A model generated the notes under the pieces. The model made no database searches, had not been told where the DNA came from, and saw nothing but the letters and a program-made list of their open reading frames with translations. From positions 3,950,670-4,014,669 of the forward strand of contig OZ199839.1 in the NCBI GenBank assembly GCA_964304625.1: 64,000 nucleotides of DNA, written 5' to 3'. This DNA is from Kudoa neothunni. Taxonomy: Eukaryota > Animalia > Cnidaria. This document shows positions 1-11,880 of this stretch, piece by piece; positions within the stretch are counted from its first letter, which is position 1; the number at the start of each line of letters is the position of its first letter. Position numbers and translations under genes: made by a program.

Positions 1-266
1 TACATAAAAAATGTATATTTAAGCAGGGATAAATAATACCTCTAATCGTTGAGTGTTGAGTTATGAGACAAGAAAATGTAATAATTTATCCTACTTAAAT
101 TATTGTAGGGAATTAAGTTGATCAGGAAAGTTTTGTTTTTAATTTGTGCACTTCAGAAATAATTAGAAAAATTCCCTAAATATAAAAGAAAATAATAAAA
201 TGTGTAATTTTGAGACGTTTTTACTTGGATTATTATTTTCTAATTTATATAAAAGTAAAATTGAGC

Positions 267-571
267 TTTGACCCTTCACACGAAAAAGATGATGCGAGGT
301 GAGCGTAGGAATTAGCATGGGGTGCGGGTGAGAAATATGTAGGGGAGCATTGGCATAGCACAAGCTGGGTAGAAATCTATCAATATGGTCAAGTCTCCTT
401 TATTTCATACAATATCAACGTCAAAATCTCAAGAAATAAAGTCGACGTCAATATATTTTTAAATTCTACGAAAATTATCTCAACGTATTAAAAAAATACG
501 ATAGGATTAAAGATCTGACATAAGCTTAAAGTAACGTGGATGTAGTTACTTTAAGGCCTCGAAGGGTCAAA
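267..571. mobile_element. Small MITE-like element with 11-bp terminal inverted repeats
   Basis: TTTGACCCTTC (267-277) pairs with GAAGGGTCAAA (561-571); piggyBac-like CCC...GGG core; internal perfect 11-bp hairpin stem at 525-535/545-555. Confidence 0.45.
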
Positions 572-615
572 TCTTATAGATACAAACGGAGATGAAATAT
601 AAAATACATAAAAAA

Positions 616-1990
616 TCATTTGCTATTAAAAAGATTTTGTACACTCTCCAAAATGCTATCATAGTCGTCAGCATTGCATCTTGATCCAACCAGCTAAATA
701 AAACTCAAGCACAATTTCAAAGTTGTTATGTTACGTCGTAAGGAGTTTCACCATATTTGTTTTTGGGATATTTGTTGATTCCATGCTGAGTAATCAAAAC
801 TTTCACTGTTTCTTTCGCTCCAAATTTACACGCTATATGCAGAGGTGTTTCGAAAAGCTACGATAAATTGATATGTGTATTCAAACGTAAAAGAATTACG
901 ATTTTATCTGGACTGTTGAGGTAGAGATCAAGTGTGTATGAAGTGTAATCTCTACATTGGTTATTTTTCAAAATGTCCTCAATCGTATCTTTATCATTGT
1001 TAGGAACCAAATGACATGCTTGGCACCACATATCGTTTCGCATCAAGTCTAACAACAATGATATCACTTGGGGTTGGTTCTTTTCAGCGGCTATGTGGAA
1101 TGCATTTCTTCTAGTCCCTTCGTGCAGTATAACAGGTGTATCGATAGAAGAAATGACGTAACGAGGATTGTTCAAGCAGCATAATAAGACCTGTTTTAAA
1201 ATGGGCAAAATTAAAGTTTATTAAATTGAATCTACATAAATTAGAATGAAACAACTATCCACCATGATAGTGAATTAGACATTTTTAACAGTGGTTTCAA
1301 AATTGTCGTGCCAAAAAAACTGATTACATTTTTAATATCACCCTTTTCTATATATTTTCGGTATTTCAACAAAAACTTGGTCGGAATTGACTTCCAATTC
1401 TTGAAAGGGGCCAACTGCCCATTTTTATTGTTTGAGATTGATAGTTTTGGTTGATCGAACTCATTAGATTGAATCTTTGAAAACTCTCCCTGAAAGGATA
1501 ACATTGAACTTTCAGCTTCGTCGTAATTAGTAAAGGTTCTAAACCTTAGTTCAGGGTCCACTTTAGCTAACTCTGTAACCTCTTTCAACGAATGTACTAT
1601 GTGTGAATTTTTGGATGACTGCACTACGAAATATTGAGAGGGTGATGTCCAAACTGCTTTATTAGGAGTCGATTGCATTCCCATTTTGGACATATCATGT
1701 GACAAGCAATCCAATACTTTATCATCAATAAATTTATCTGCTTTACGTTCAACTGTTGACTCTAATGTGGGAATCGGAAGGCAATTAGAACCGTCATCGG
1801 ATTTGTATTTATTGCAATGATTGGAGTCGTTGTTAAATGAAATATCCAAATTTATTTTATCATTTAATGCTCTTTCAATCCGTTTTACCATCATTTTTCT
1901 AGTGTTTGGGGTAATTGGGCATGTTTTTAAACCTAGTTCAAAGGCTTTTTCCAGTAACTCTTTATCGCTCAAGTTGTCAATCCCACTCAT
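616..1990 (-). CDS. ANKLE2: ANKLE2/LEM4-like protein (LEM domain + ankyrin repeats), multi-exon; 3' end uncertain
   Basis: ATG at 1990 gives a LEM motif (LSDKELLEKAFELGLKTCPITPNTRKMMVKRI), then PELRFRTFTNYDEAE. After GT-AG introns come NNPRYVISSIDTPVILHEGTRRNAFHIAA, LDLYLNSPDK and FETPLHIACKFG...KNKYGETPYD, all typical of ANKLE2. The last visible exon ends LFNSK* at 616. Confidence 0.88.
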
Positions 1991-3084
1991 ATTTTTGACT
2001 AATTTAAGCAGGGAATAAACGCGAGTGGACGGCACAGAAACCACCCCTTGGCCACTTATAGCTGTGTTCAAAATCACGTGGTATAAAAAATTAGGACTAA
2101 ACGTTCACAGCGTAGTTTACATTTGTATATTTTAATAATCAGACATTTCTCATACGATTATAGAATAAAATATCGACAAAAATTTAAATTAGCCCATTTG
2201 AACTGAACGTCTCGCGCTCAATCGGTACAATTCGCATGTGTGCTATTTTGGGTTACTTTTTCTTCGGAGATTTACATAATCTAGAAATCAAATGAGAAAT
2301 TTACATTAAATTATAATGAATAATTTTGGAGTGAAACAATTCGCTCATCTTGTGAGCATAGAAAATTTTTCATCATTTAAATCACTTAAATTCTGAAAAA
2401 ATTGTCATTTTAACGAGAGTGAAAAAGTTTAATGTATCTTTTCATTTTATTAAAAGATGCTTTATTGAATTTGGCAGGTTTTTTTTATAAGAATATGATT
2501 ATTTTTTCAAATTATAAGTTAATTCAATGTTTCCCAACTCGAAATTAGGCGCGTATCCCCTCCAAATGTTAATAAACGCTCACCACCCGCTGAATGTTTG
2601 TTGAAATGAATTTCACATTAGATTTTGATTGCCATCAAAAAAATCGGAATAACTCATAAAATTAATTATACATTATTTATTTCTACGAGATAAGTTATTT
2701 TATAACTTTTAAAATTGATGATTATTTGTAATAATTTTGTTTTAATACTTATATCAATTTTTTAATTAACTTATGATGACCAGCTTTAAATCGTTAAGGA
2801 AAATTGTTTTATATTACTTATTTATCTACAATCAGTTTCGATTTAAATAAATGATGTCATTGAGTCGATTTCTTGTTCCAATATTTTAAATAAAATAAGT
2901 AAATGGATATTTATACAAAAATTTATGGCTTGTTTATTTTAATAATAATATTCGCCGAAGCATTCGAAAGAAGTGATGAAAAATGAATATAAACTTATGT
3001 TTGCAATAGAGTTAACCTTCTAAAGACCACAAAACAACCGCCCTCCAAAGACCTTGGAGTCAATTAGAACCCAGATTTTGTTAA

Positions 3085-4990
3085 CCCTTTAAGACCGAAT
3101 GGTGCCATATGGCACCATGGCGTTGTTTTGGAAATTTCTTGGTGTGTATTAGTGTTTCTGAATATATATATATATATATATCTTATATGGGCATTATTAA
3201 TTGTCACTTTATTTTATCAAAAAAACAAATAACAGTATTTATTATTTTTTTATAAATAAAAATGCAAATTAAATCGATATTTTTTTTTGTATAATAAACA
3301 GGTGATGTTTTATTGATTGAATCATATTCTTAAAATTATTATATTTTCATAAAAAAATATATACTGGAAATTATATAAAATTTTAAAAAAATGTATATCG
3401 CCGTTATTAATTCGTAAATGTCGAGGTGTACAGTGAATGATTAATTCGTGGTGCCATATGGCACCATTCGGCGCCCACGTTGTTGTGTCGGATTAACATT
3501 ATTATGGACTCTGATTTGGTGAAAAAGATTAATGATAATGGGGATATTATTGAGGAGTTAATATTACTACCTGATGCCGATATATCTGATGATGAAATCG
3601 AAAATTTGAAACCCGATATTCTCTCGGATACTAATTTTGACACGTAGGATCATAACGACCATCAATCACGATTTATAAATAACTCACTAAACGTGGTAGA
3701 TGAAAGAGTCCTCATAAATAAAAAACTCAAAAAAGAGAATATTTTTGATCCTTATTCATATTTTAATATGTTCTTTTCCGACAAATTATTTGAATTAATT
3801 TGTAAAAAAACTAATAAGTATTCCATAAAACAAAATGCGTCGTTTCGACCTACCGTAAACGAAATAAAGTTATTCATTGGAATGCTTATAAGAATGGCCA
3901 TTATTAAACTACCTAGAATAAGGAGCTATTGGAGTGCTGAACTCAACATAACAATATAAGCTGAGAAAATGTCGAGAGATCGTTTCATGGATATGCAAAA
4001 ATTCATTCATTTTTGCGACAACAATGATGTTAAATCCTGTACCCACAGGGATTATGATCGATTTTTTAAAGTGACGCCCTACTAGACACCATTCGAGAGG
4101 CCTGTTTGAAAATTGAATCCGACTATAATCAATGCGTGGATGAGCAGATGATTCCATTTAAAGGTAAGTCCGGCCTCAAACGATACCTACCATCCAAACC
4201 TACAAAATGGGGGTTCAAGGTATTTACAAGAAATGGGTCTGGTGGTATTGTCCACTACTTTTTGTTTAAGATGGCAATTTTACTTGATGGCGAAAGCTCT
4301 TATTTTCGATCCTCAGAAATCGTTTTAAATTGGCCCAGTCTATTGAAAATGGAAACACACCACATATAATTTTGATAATTATTTTTCTACGCTCCCGCTG
4401 CATTCGATTCTACTCAAAATGGGTCATCACTCCACGAGTACGATGAGAAGAATCGCCTCCGTAATTGTCCTATCAGTGATGATAAGACCTTTAAAAAATT
4501 GAAAAGGGGCAGTTACGAATACGCGCTATATGTAGATAAAGATTCAAAAACTAACATTGTGCGTTGGTTAGACAGCTCCGTCGTAACTGTGACATCGACA
4601 ACCCACTCTATTTCTCCTATGAGCACTATCGACAGATACGATCGAAAAGAGAAAAAAGTTGTAAAAATCGATTGCCCACATATCATCAAAATGTATAATC
4701 GAAAAATGGATGGAGTGGACTTTTTTGACATGCTGATGGCTCTTTATCGGTTGGACCATAAATCCCAAAAATGATATAAGGGAATATTTTCGTGGACCAT
4801 TGATTTGTGTATCCTTAACGGATGGCTTATCTACAAACGCCAATGCCTGCCAAAAATATTCGCTGTTTAAAGGATTTTAGCGTTTTGGTGAGCGAGTAAT
4901 TGTTGCATATGCATCAGGTAGTAAATAGAAATAGGCAGTGGCTATTGCACTCACGGAAATCATAAATAAATCATCATTCCTTATTCAAAT
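3085..4990 (+). mobile_element. Decayed piggyBac (PGBD-type) transposon with frameshifted transposase; right end not found
   Basis: TTAA|CCCTTT left end at 3081-3090. Transposase fragments include PYSYFNMFFSDKLFELICKKTNKY, EIKLFIGMLI, CVDEQMIPFKGKSGLKRYLPSKPTKWGFK and YNRKMDGVDFFD; several stops and frameshifts. Confidence 0.9.
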
Positions 4991-5598
4991 TGCAATACAT
5001 CATATTGTCATATACACTCAACTCATTGAACAAGTGTTGCCATTGTTTGAATTAAATATTCAAGGATTTTCTTGTGAAAATGACAAATGAATTGTTTTTT
5101 TCTCATTTAAATTATGCGTATGCAATGTTTTGATTCTAAAAGTGAAAAATCTTTGAGGATATTGATTTAACGATGCTGTGCGATGAGTAAAAAAATAACG
5201 CTAATTGGATTAATTGATTATTTATTATCATTTTATTCAAAAATCTGCCATTAGAAATGTTATAAACATACCTATAAGCTTATAAAAATTTATTAAATTT
5301 ATCAAATAAAAATCTAAGATCATGTTTACCCTAATGTAACTGGTAACTGTAGAATAATTTTGATGTGTCTTTAGAGAGATAAATAAATTAATTCGAGAAA
5401 CTGATATAAAGTGCAACTCTGTAATATTTGATTTAACAAAAATTATATTATAGTTGCTAAATTTTTTGTTTGTCGTTAAACTCCTTATTTTTTACAATTT
5501 CACAAAAATATCTTTTCTGAGTTTCTTAAAAATATTTTGAGTGGTAAATATTCACCTGCGTGCGCACTCAAAATAAAGCTTAATCCATTTATGGTACC

Positions 5599-8500
5599 AT
5601 GCCTACAGAGGATTCAGTAACAGCTGTTTGTCCGATAAACATTGCCCTAATAAAATATTGTAATGATTTTTTGGTTGGGTATTATTTGAGTATATTTTTT
5701 ATGATCAGGGGGGAAGAAAAATACGAACCTTAATCTACCACTTAACTCCTCAATTAGTATAACCCTTGACACCGATTACGTAATTTTTTATCTGCTTGTA
5801 TCGAATATAATTTATTTAGTGTTTCACGAAGACAACAATTACTCGCATAAGTTCAAACAATGCCAAAACAACTTTTTTATTAAATAGGAAGTAAAATTGA
5901 TTTTGATAAATTTATTAAAATATCAAATAAATTATTAGAGAAGAAGAAATAAAACCAGATTCGAGAATCAGTAAAATACTCCAATTTGGTAACTGTTTAC
6001 TTTCTTGACCGGCGTATGAACTATAATGGAAAAAGTGGAGAAATACGAATCTTGCAACTATACGATAGTTTCCACTAATTCGTTCCCAACTGCAGCAGGA
6101 ATGGCTTCTTCAGCGTCAGGATTTGCTGCTTTAGGTATTATGTCATGGTACGATTGTTTCTCATCTTTCACATATTATTGTAGCTGTTTGTTTCGGGAAA
6201 CTATGCAATATGGATCCTAAAGATGTCGCCATTTTATCTAGGTATTTTTTATTGACTTCGGTTGATGATATAGCGTTACCAACTTAGGCTTGGATCTGGG
6301 AGTGCGTGTAGAAGTTTGTATGGTGGATTTGTCGAATGGAGATGTGGAATAAAGCCCGATGGCAGCGATAGTATTCCTGTTCAAGTATACATATCTTTTT
6401 ATTATATCCACGTGTTAGCTCTGTTTTACTGTAGTTGTTTGACCATAATTATTGGAAGGAGCTGGCCGTATTGACTTTAATTGTGAGTTTATATCGCAAT
6501 AGAATCAATCGATTGCTTTTGATTCATTTTATCAATATATATCGAAAATTAGTGTTCAGATTCCAAAAAGGAGTACTCAAGTACTGAAGCGATGAAATTA
6601 AGCACCGAAACCAGTGATTTTCTTACGGTAATGTTTTAGTTGGCGGAACTAAGAATAAATCCTTGCATTTGATTTATTTATCCGATTTATTCGATTTAGT
6701 ACAGGGTGGCTTATCAAATTGACGAAAGAATAGAAGAAATGAAATTCGCGCTGAGTAATAAATCTTTTGAAAAACTTGGTGAGTTGATTATGAAGGTATT
6801 CAACTTTTTTTGTTTAGCAATAAGATTTCATTCCTCTCATTTTAATCATGCTACAGCAAACGTTCTTTATTTCTAATGTTCGTGAATTTATTGACTATTA
6901 TTAATTTGTCAGAATTTAATAAAAATATTCGAACACAAGCGGGAATTTTCATTGTTTGTTGATAAATTTATTCATTTTTCATGATAGTAAACCTATTTTA
7001 TCAGTTACGTGAAAGGGGCGCGTTAAATTAGAATTAATTTTAAAATATTATTTTGTTATCATATACTCTTATTAAAGAATATTAAATTATATTTAATATT
7101 AAATTTATAGAATTTTAACATCTTTTTTGAAAGATGCCTACCGTTTAATGTGCATCTATAATAGGGGCCAACAATGACTGGCCCGCTGACTAGACTTGGC
7201 CGGGGAGCTTTCCTCATCCGTCCCGCGAGGGTGTCAATGATAAAGTTAAATTTTTTTTGACGGTACTTGTATAATTTCCCCAACTTTAATTTCGATCTTT
7301 TCAGTGTATAAATAATCGTAATAGCAATGTGAACTAAGTTAATTAAGTACTATCCCCTTTTCTAAATATGAACGTGTAAACGACAAAATAACGATAAAAG
7401 TTTCCCCAAACAAATTCCTTACCAATTTTTACTGATTGTATGGTATTAGTCTTATTGTAACTAATGGAAACATTTAATTATGTTTCTTTACGATTTCGAA
7501 TCATCATTTAAATATACAGTGGGCAACCGATAATACGTAATCCCCTCGCTTCGGAACCATCAAAAAAAGTGCGTATTAAACGTTGCAACCGATATTACGC
7601 ACTAAAAATGCGTGCGCGATTAATTTTGTTGTGTTGTCTGTATTGTCCAGCATGGGTATTACACCCTTATTGAATTAAAATAATATAAAAACACAGTTAA
7701 GATTATTTGACCGAGAAATAATTTGCAACTTTTGTCTTAATCATTTTTATTGATAAAATATTTATATCCTTTTACATTAGGATAAAATCTAATGAATGGT
7801 CAGTTCTAAAAAAGTATAAATATTATTCTATTCATTATTCATTTTTTATCGCAATATGAAGTTTTTTTATATTTTTACCCTAAAATCTCTATTTATGCGC
7901 ATCTATAACATTCTTTAGTCAACTACTAACATTGTCTAGAAATAAAATTTATTATATTTTCATTTACATGGAAATGATCATTTTTCGATAAATATCTCCA
8001 AAAAAATTTTCTATTCGTTCCCCGTAAAAACAAATAACCTACGTGGACGTGGTTTGGCCGAAAAATGCGTACTATCCGTTAGTCACGTGATATGACTGAT
8101 TGGTAATTTCTTAGTTTAATTCAAAAGTATTATAAAACGTTTCACCCAATATAAACTTTGGATACGTCGTAACGATGAAAGCGCGTAGTATTGGTTGTCC
8201 ACTGTATAAACATTTTAATTCAGCATCAAAAAAATCACGTAAACTTTGAAATAAAAAATCGTATAAACTAACGATTCCCTACTGAAAAAATGTCGAACTT
8301 TCACGCTCGTTACATTTTTACTCTCATTAAAATAAAAATGTATTATTTTAAATTTCAAAATATAAATTTACTAATCCAATGTTCAATTGTATGGGAAAAA
8401 ATTCATTACATCTAAAGGATTTAAATATATTTTTGCATGACCATATGGCAGGTCAATCCTATTGGGTTGCTGCCTCTTATCGATAATCTTTCTTCTAATT

Positions 8501-9499
8501 TAGCTAGATAAGATTTAAAAAAATAATTAGGTGGAATAATAAATAAAATTCATCAATTTTTTAGCGTTTAAGTACGATAAATTTACTTCATCTTCCTCTA
8601 TGAAAGTAATAAAACAAATTTTGTAATCTTTAGGTACGTTTATCAGAAAGTACAACCTATTTTCTCGGCTAGAATCAATAGTAAATTTTCACATTAGAAG
8701 TGTTAATCTCTTTTTTCCTGAACATTTTTATATTTATATTGTTCTTCAAAGATAAGATTAAAAAATTAAAATTGATCAAACTAAATCTTCTATTATTGTT
8801 ATAGAAATTTTAGTTGTATGGATAAATAACTTTATTTGATTTAACGAATATCATATAAGCTATTACGATCAAATTAAGCAGTTTCGAGGGCCTACTGTGT
8901 ATCATTCTTGGGTTGAAATTAGCGTGGAAATAAATGTCAAGCAATTTGATCATAATTTAGGAAAGCAATTCGTTTCATGCCATCTGCCAAGATACCTATC
9001 CTCCAATTGTGCCACCTTATTTGAACAATTTTTCGTTCAGTGTCATTAGATTAATTTCTCTTTGGAATTCTCAGGCGGGCTCGGTTAACGTATGGTATCC
9101 GAACGAATTAAAGTTTATTTGAGTTTTAGGCAGCGTACACGTTTGATGCTGGCCCTAACGCTTTTATTATTCTACCCAAAGATAATGTAGACTCTATGCT
9201 ACACATACTGAAATCATTCGCTGATCTGTCGTCAACTAATTATGGAATTCACAATTACGAGTTACAATCGTCACGTTACGATCCCTCCTCTCTCATCAGC
9301 CCAGAGTCTATTGGTCACGTAAACTGCATCCTTTTTAATTACACATTATCTTCTTATTTTTAGGATTTGAAAGATTATATTGTGCAGGGTGTTTCTCGAC
9401 TTAAATCAGTGGTCTATTACAATGTGTGGTTTTCATTTTGATGTACTTTTAATTAACGTTTTCTAGATTGGTAAAGGTCCATACCACCAATGTGGCTAG
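5599..9499 (+). CDS. MVD: Diphosphomevalonate decarboxylase, multi-exon, appears intact
   Basis: Spliced exons read [88 protein letters not shown] and terminal IGKGP; GT-AG introns are phase-compatible; one long intron ~6796-8960. Confidence 0.95.
7517..8204. mobile_element. Non-autonomous Tc1/mariner-pogo type MITE in MVD intron
   Basis: TA|CAGTGGGCAACCGATAATACG ... CGTAGTATTGGTTGTCCACTG|TA: 21-bp TIR with 18/21 match and TA target duplication. Confidence 0.8.
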
Positions 9500-10384
9500 C
9501 TAAAAGCTTGGCATTATTGTATTGACACAAATCACAGCTAATACTATTACTAAAAAAATTGATAAGATTATTGTTGTTGTTATTGAAACAGACAAATCCA
9601 GCCTCATATCTGTATTAGCGCTTAAATCTCTACCCTCACTCCTTATTTAATGAGCGTATATATTTAATCCGCACAGTTTCAATTAATGGTATAAGCAGTT
9701 TTCTCGATCACATAACTTTTGTAATGTGAATATTACTTTTTAAAATGAGCTGGCAACCGAAGTCGCTTCTTTTTTGTGATTGAATTCCCTCTGTATTCTG
9801 CAACATTACACACTATGGTAATAAGGTGTTAATGCTGAATGTCAACAAGATATTAAGAATTAATTGCTTTGAACAGCCTTCCTAGCTGGATATTTAGCTC
9901 AATTAACTTTTGAATAATTTCCTAGCAACACTAACCGACTTGAAATATCCATTCTAATTGTGTGACGTGTGTGTTGATGAGTTCGGCCAGAATATACCGA
10001 TATCAGTTGGAATACTAATGACCTTACTGTACCCATAAATATGCTCTGTATTGTGTATTGTGTTTTGAATTGAATGTGCAAAGACTAACCATAGAGCTTG
10101 TTTGTAAACAACTATTATAATATTGGGTTGGGTTTTCCGCCGACACTAGTGAGGTATGTGCATTGTGGTTTAAATATTGAAGAAAGGAAGAGGAAGTGTT
10201 TGGTGCTGTGTTGGCAAGTGGTATTATTAGATTGGAATCTAGTAGCAAATCTTAATACGCTTAAAAACACCTTCAAACGTGCGGCCCATTACAAATTACA
10301 TCCTGCATTTGCATGCTATTTATTTGAGTGGCTGGCGACAAAAGTTTGTGTGACGATATCGTGTGAACTTGTTTACATTGGGAT

Positions 10385-11880
10385 ATGCCGGAAAACATAC
10401 AACTAGAATGCAAACACAATAGTAATGCTAATCACAGCGGACGCCACATTATCTCAAACGATACCAACAGCACAAACAATCAACAAAAAAACGGTCCAGA
10501 CCCATACAGCCTAAATTACTCCTCAACCAGCTCAAATACTGTTGCGAACGAAAACAAAATTGTTGATTCTCACATATCACTGTCACAAATAACCGAAGTA
10601 TTTGACGATACCAACTCCTCCACGCCTCACTCTCAACCAACTATCAACGAGCCACCACCACACAGCGGAGACAAAACTTCCAGCTCCTCTCTCTCAAGCA
10701 CCAACGATTCAGCTGACACAATCAACTCTATCATTAATGATGAAGTTGGCATAGACGGCGAGATGAAATTTTCCTATGTAAAAGCTATCGCTGAGGCCAT
10801 TATAGAAACTCCTCACAAAGAAATTTTGTTGAATGATCTCTACAACAAAATCATCGTCAAGTATCCTGAACTTAAAAATAAAAGGGTGGATTGGCAAAAT
10901 GGAATCCGTCACAATCTTTCGTTGAATGAATGCTTTGTTAAGTTGGATCGTAACCCTTCAGGTAAGGGTCATTATTGGGGTATTCGTCGCTCCAATTTGG
11001 AAGCATTTTTGAAAAATGACTTTCGACGTCCGATGGAATCAAAGCAGATCTCGCTGTAAACGCTCTAGGTACAACCGACATGATGAATACAATTTCAGGA
11101 TGGAGGATGGCTCAATGCAAGACTACTTCGGAGGAAACTATATGAAAATGATCCTCCTTTTCCAGGCTATTATAATTATAATAACCGGTATCATCAACAT
11201 CGACTTCACCCTTACCATACAATTACACCACCTCCTTTCCAATTGCAATATATTCCTGCAATGAATAACAACTACTTTGTGGAAAATTATAGCCATGAAT
11301 GCGAACAGTTATATAATCAACTGTATAACCGCCCCAACGCATATGGATGCACCCAATCCTTTGTGGCCTATTCATTCGCAACCTCTGCATTATCCCCCGC
11401 CTTATTTCAAAGTCATCCTGATACTCATTTTCAACATCCCTCGCCGATTCATTGCAGCCACCATCTGAAAAATAATATTCCGTATTGTGTGGATGAAAAT
11501 GATCAACTGGAGGGTTGGGAAACTTCAAACGAAAGGATTCGGCCCAGGGATAAAATAATAATTCGCTCAGCCGAATTACTAACAGACTCTGATTCTGCTA
11601 GAGATCCGAAATCAAGCTCATTAACAGGATCAAATTCTAGCCCTATTCCTTTACCCTTGGTCAATAATGCATCACAGAAGTGTCCATCAAAATCGATAAT
11701 TAGGTCGTACTTTAAAAACAAGAATGTATATTTATTTTTATTTGATTTGTATTAAATTAATTTTAGCATTCAATACCCCGAAATGAGGACGCTGCTTCTG
11801 TGGCAACGAGAATCGAATGTGACAATGAGGAGGATGTTACATCTTCTAAATTTGATTTGAATTCGTTGTTGGATAGATAA
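10385..11880 (+). CDS. FoxQ2: Forkhead transcription factor, FoxQ2-like, with C-terminal eh1-like motif; internal junction at 11020-11170 unresolved
   Basis: Forkhead domain FSYVKAIAEAI...WQNGIRHNLSLNECFVK...GKGHYWGIRRSNLEAFLKNDFRR resembles the FoxQ2 signature (GKGHYWAIHPAN.EDF.KGDFRRR). The same frame reopens at 11087. A 41-nt intron (11726-11766) leads to a final exon ending KFDLNSLLDR*, an eh1/Groucho-type motif. Confidence 0.8.

Noticed and set aside
525-555. Hairpin as a terminator or structured ncRNA
   Set aside because: Eukaryotic context and location inside a probable MITE; no further support.
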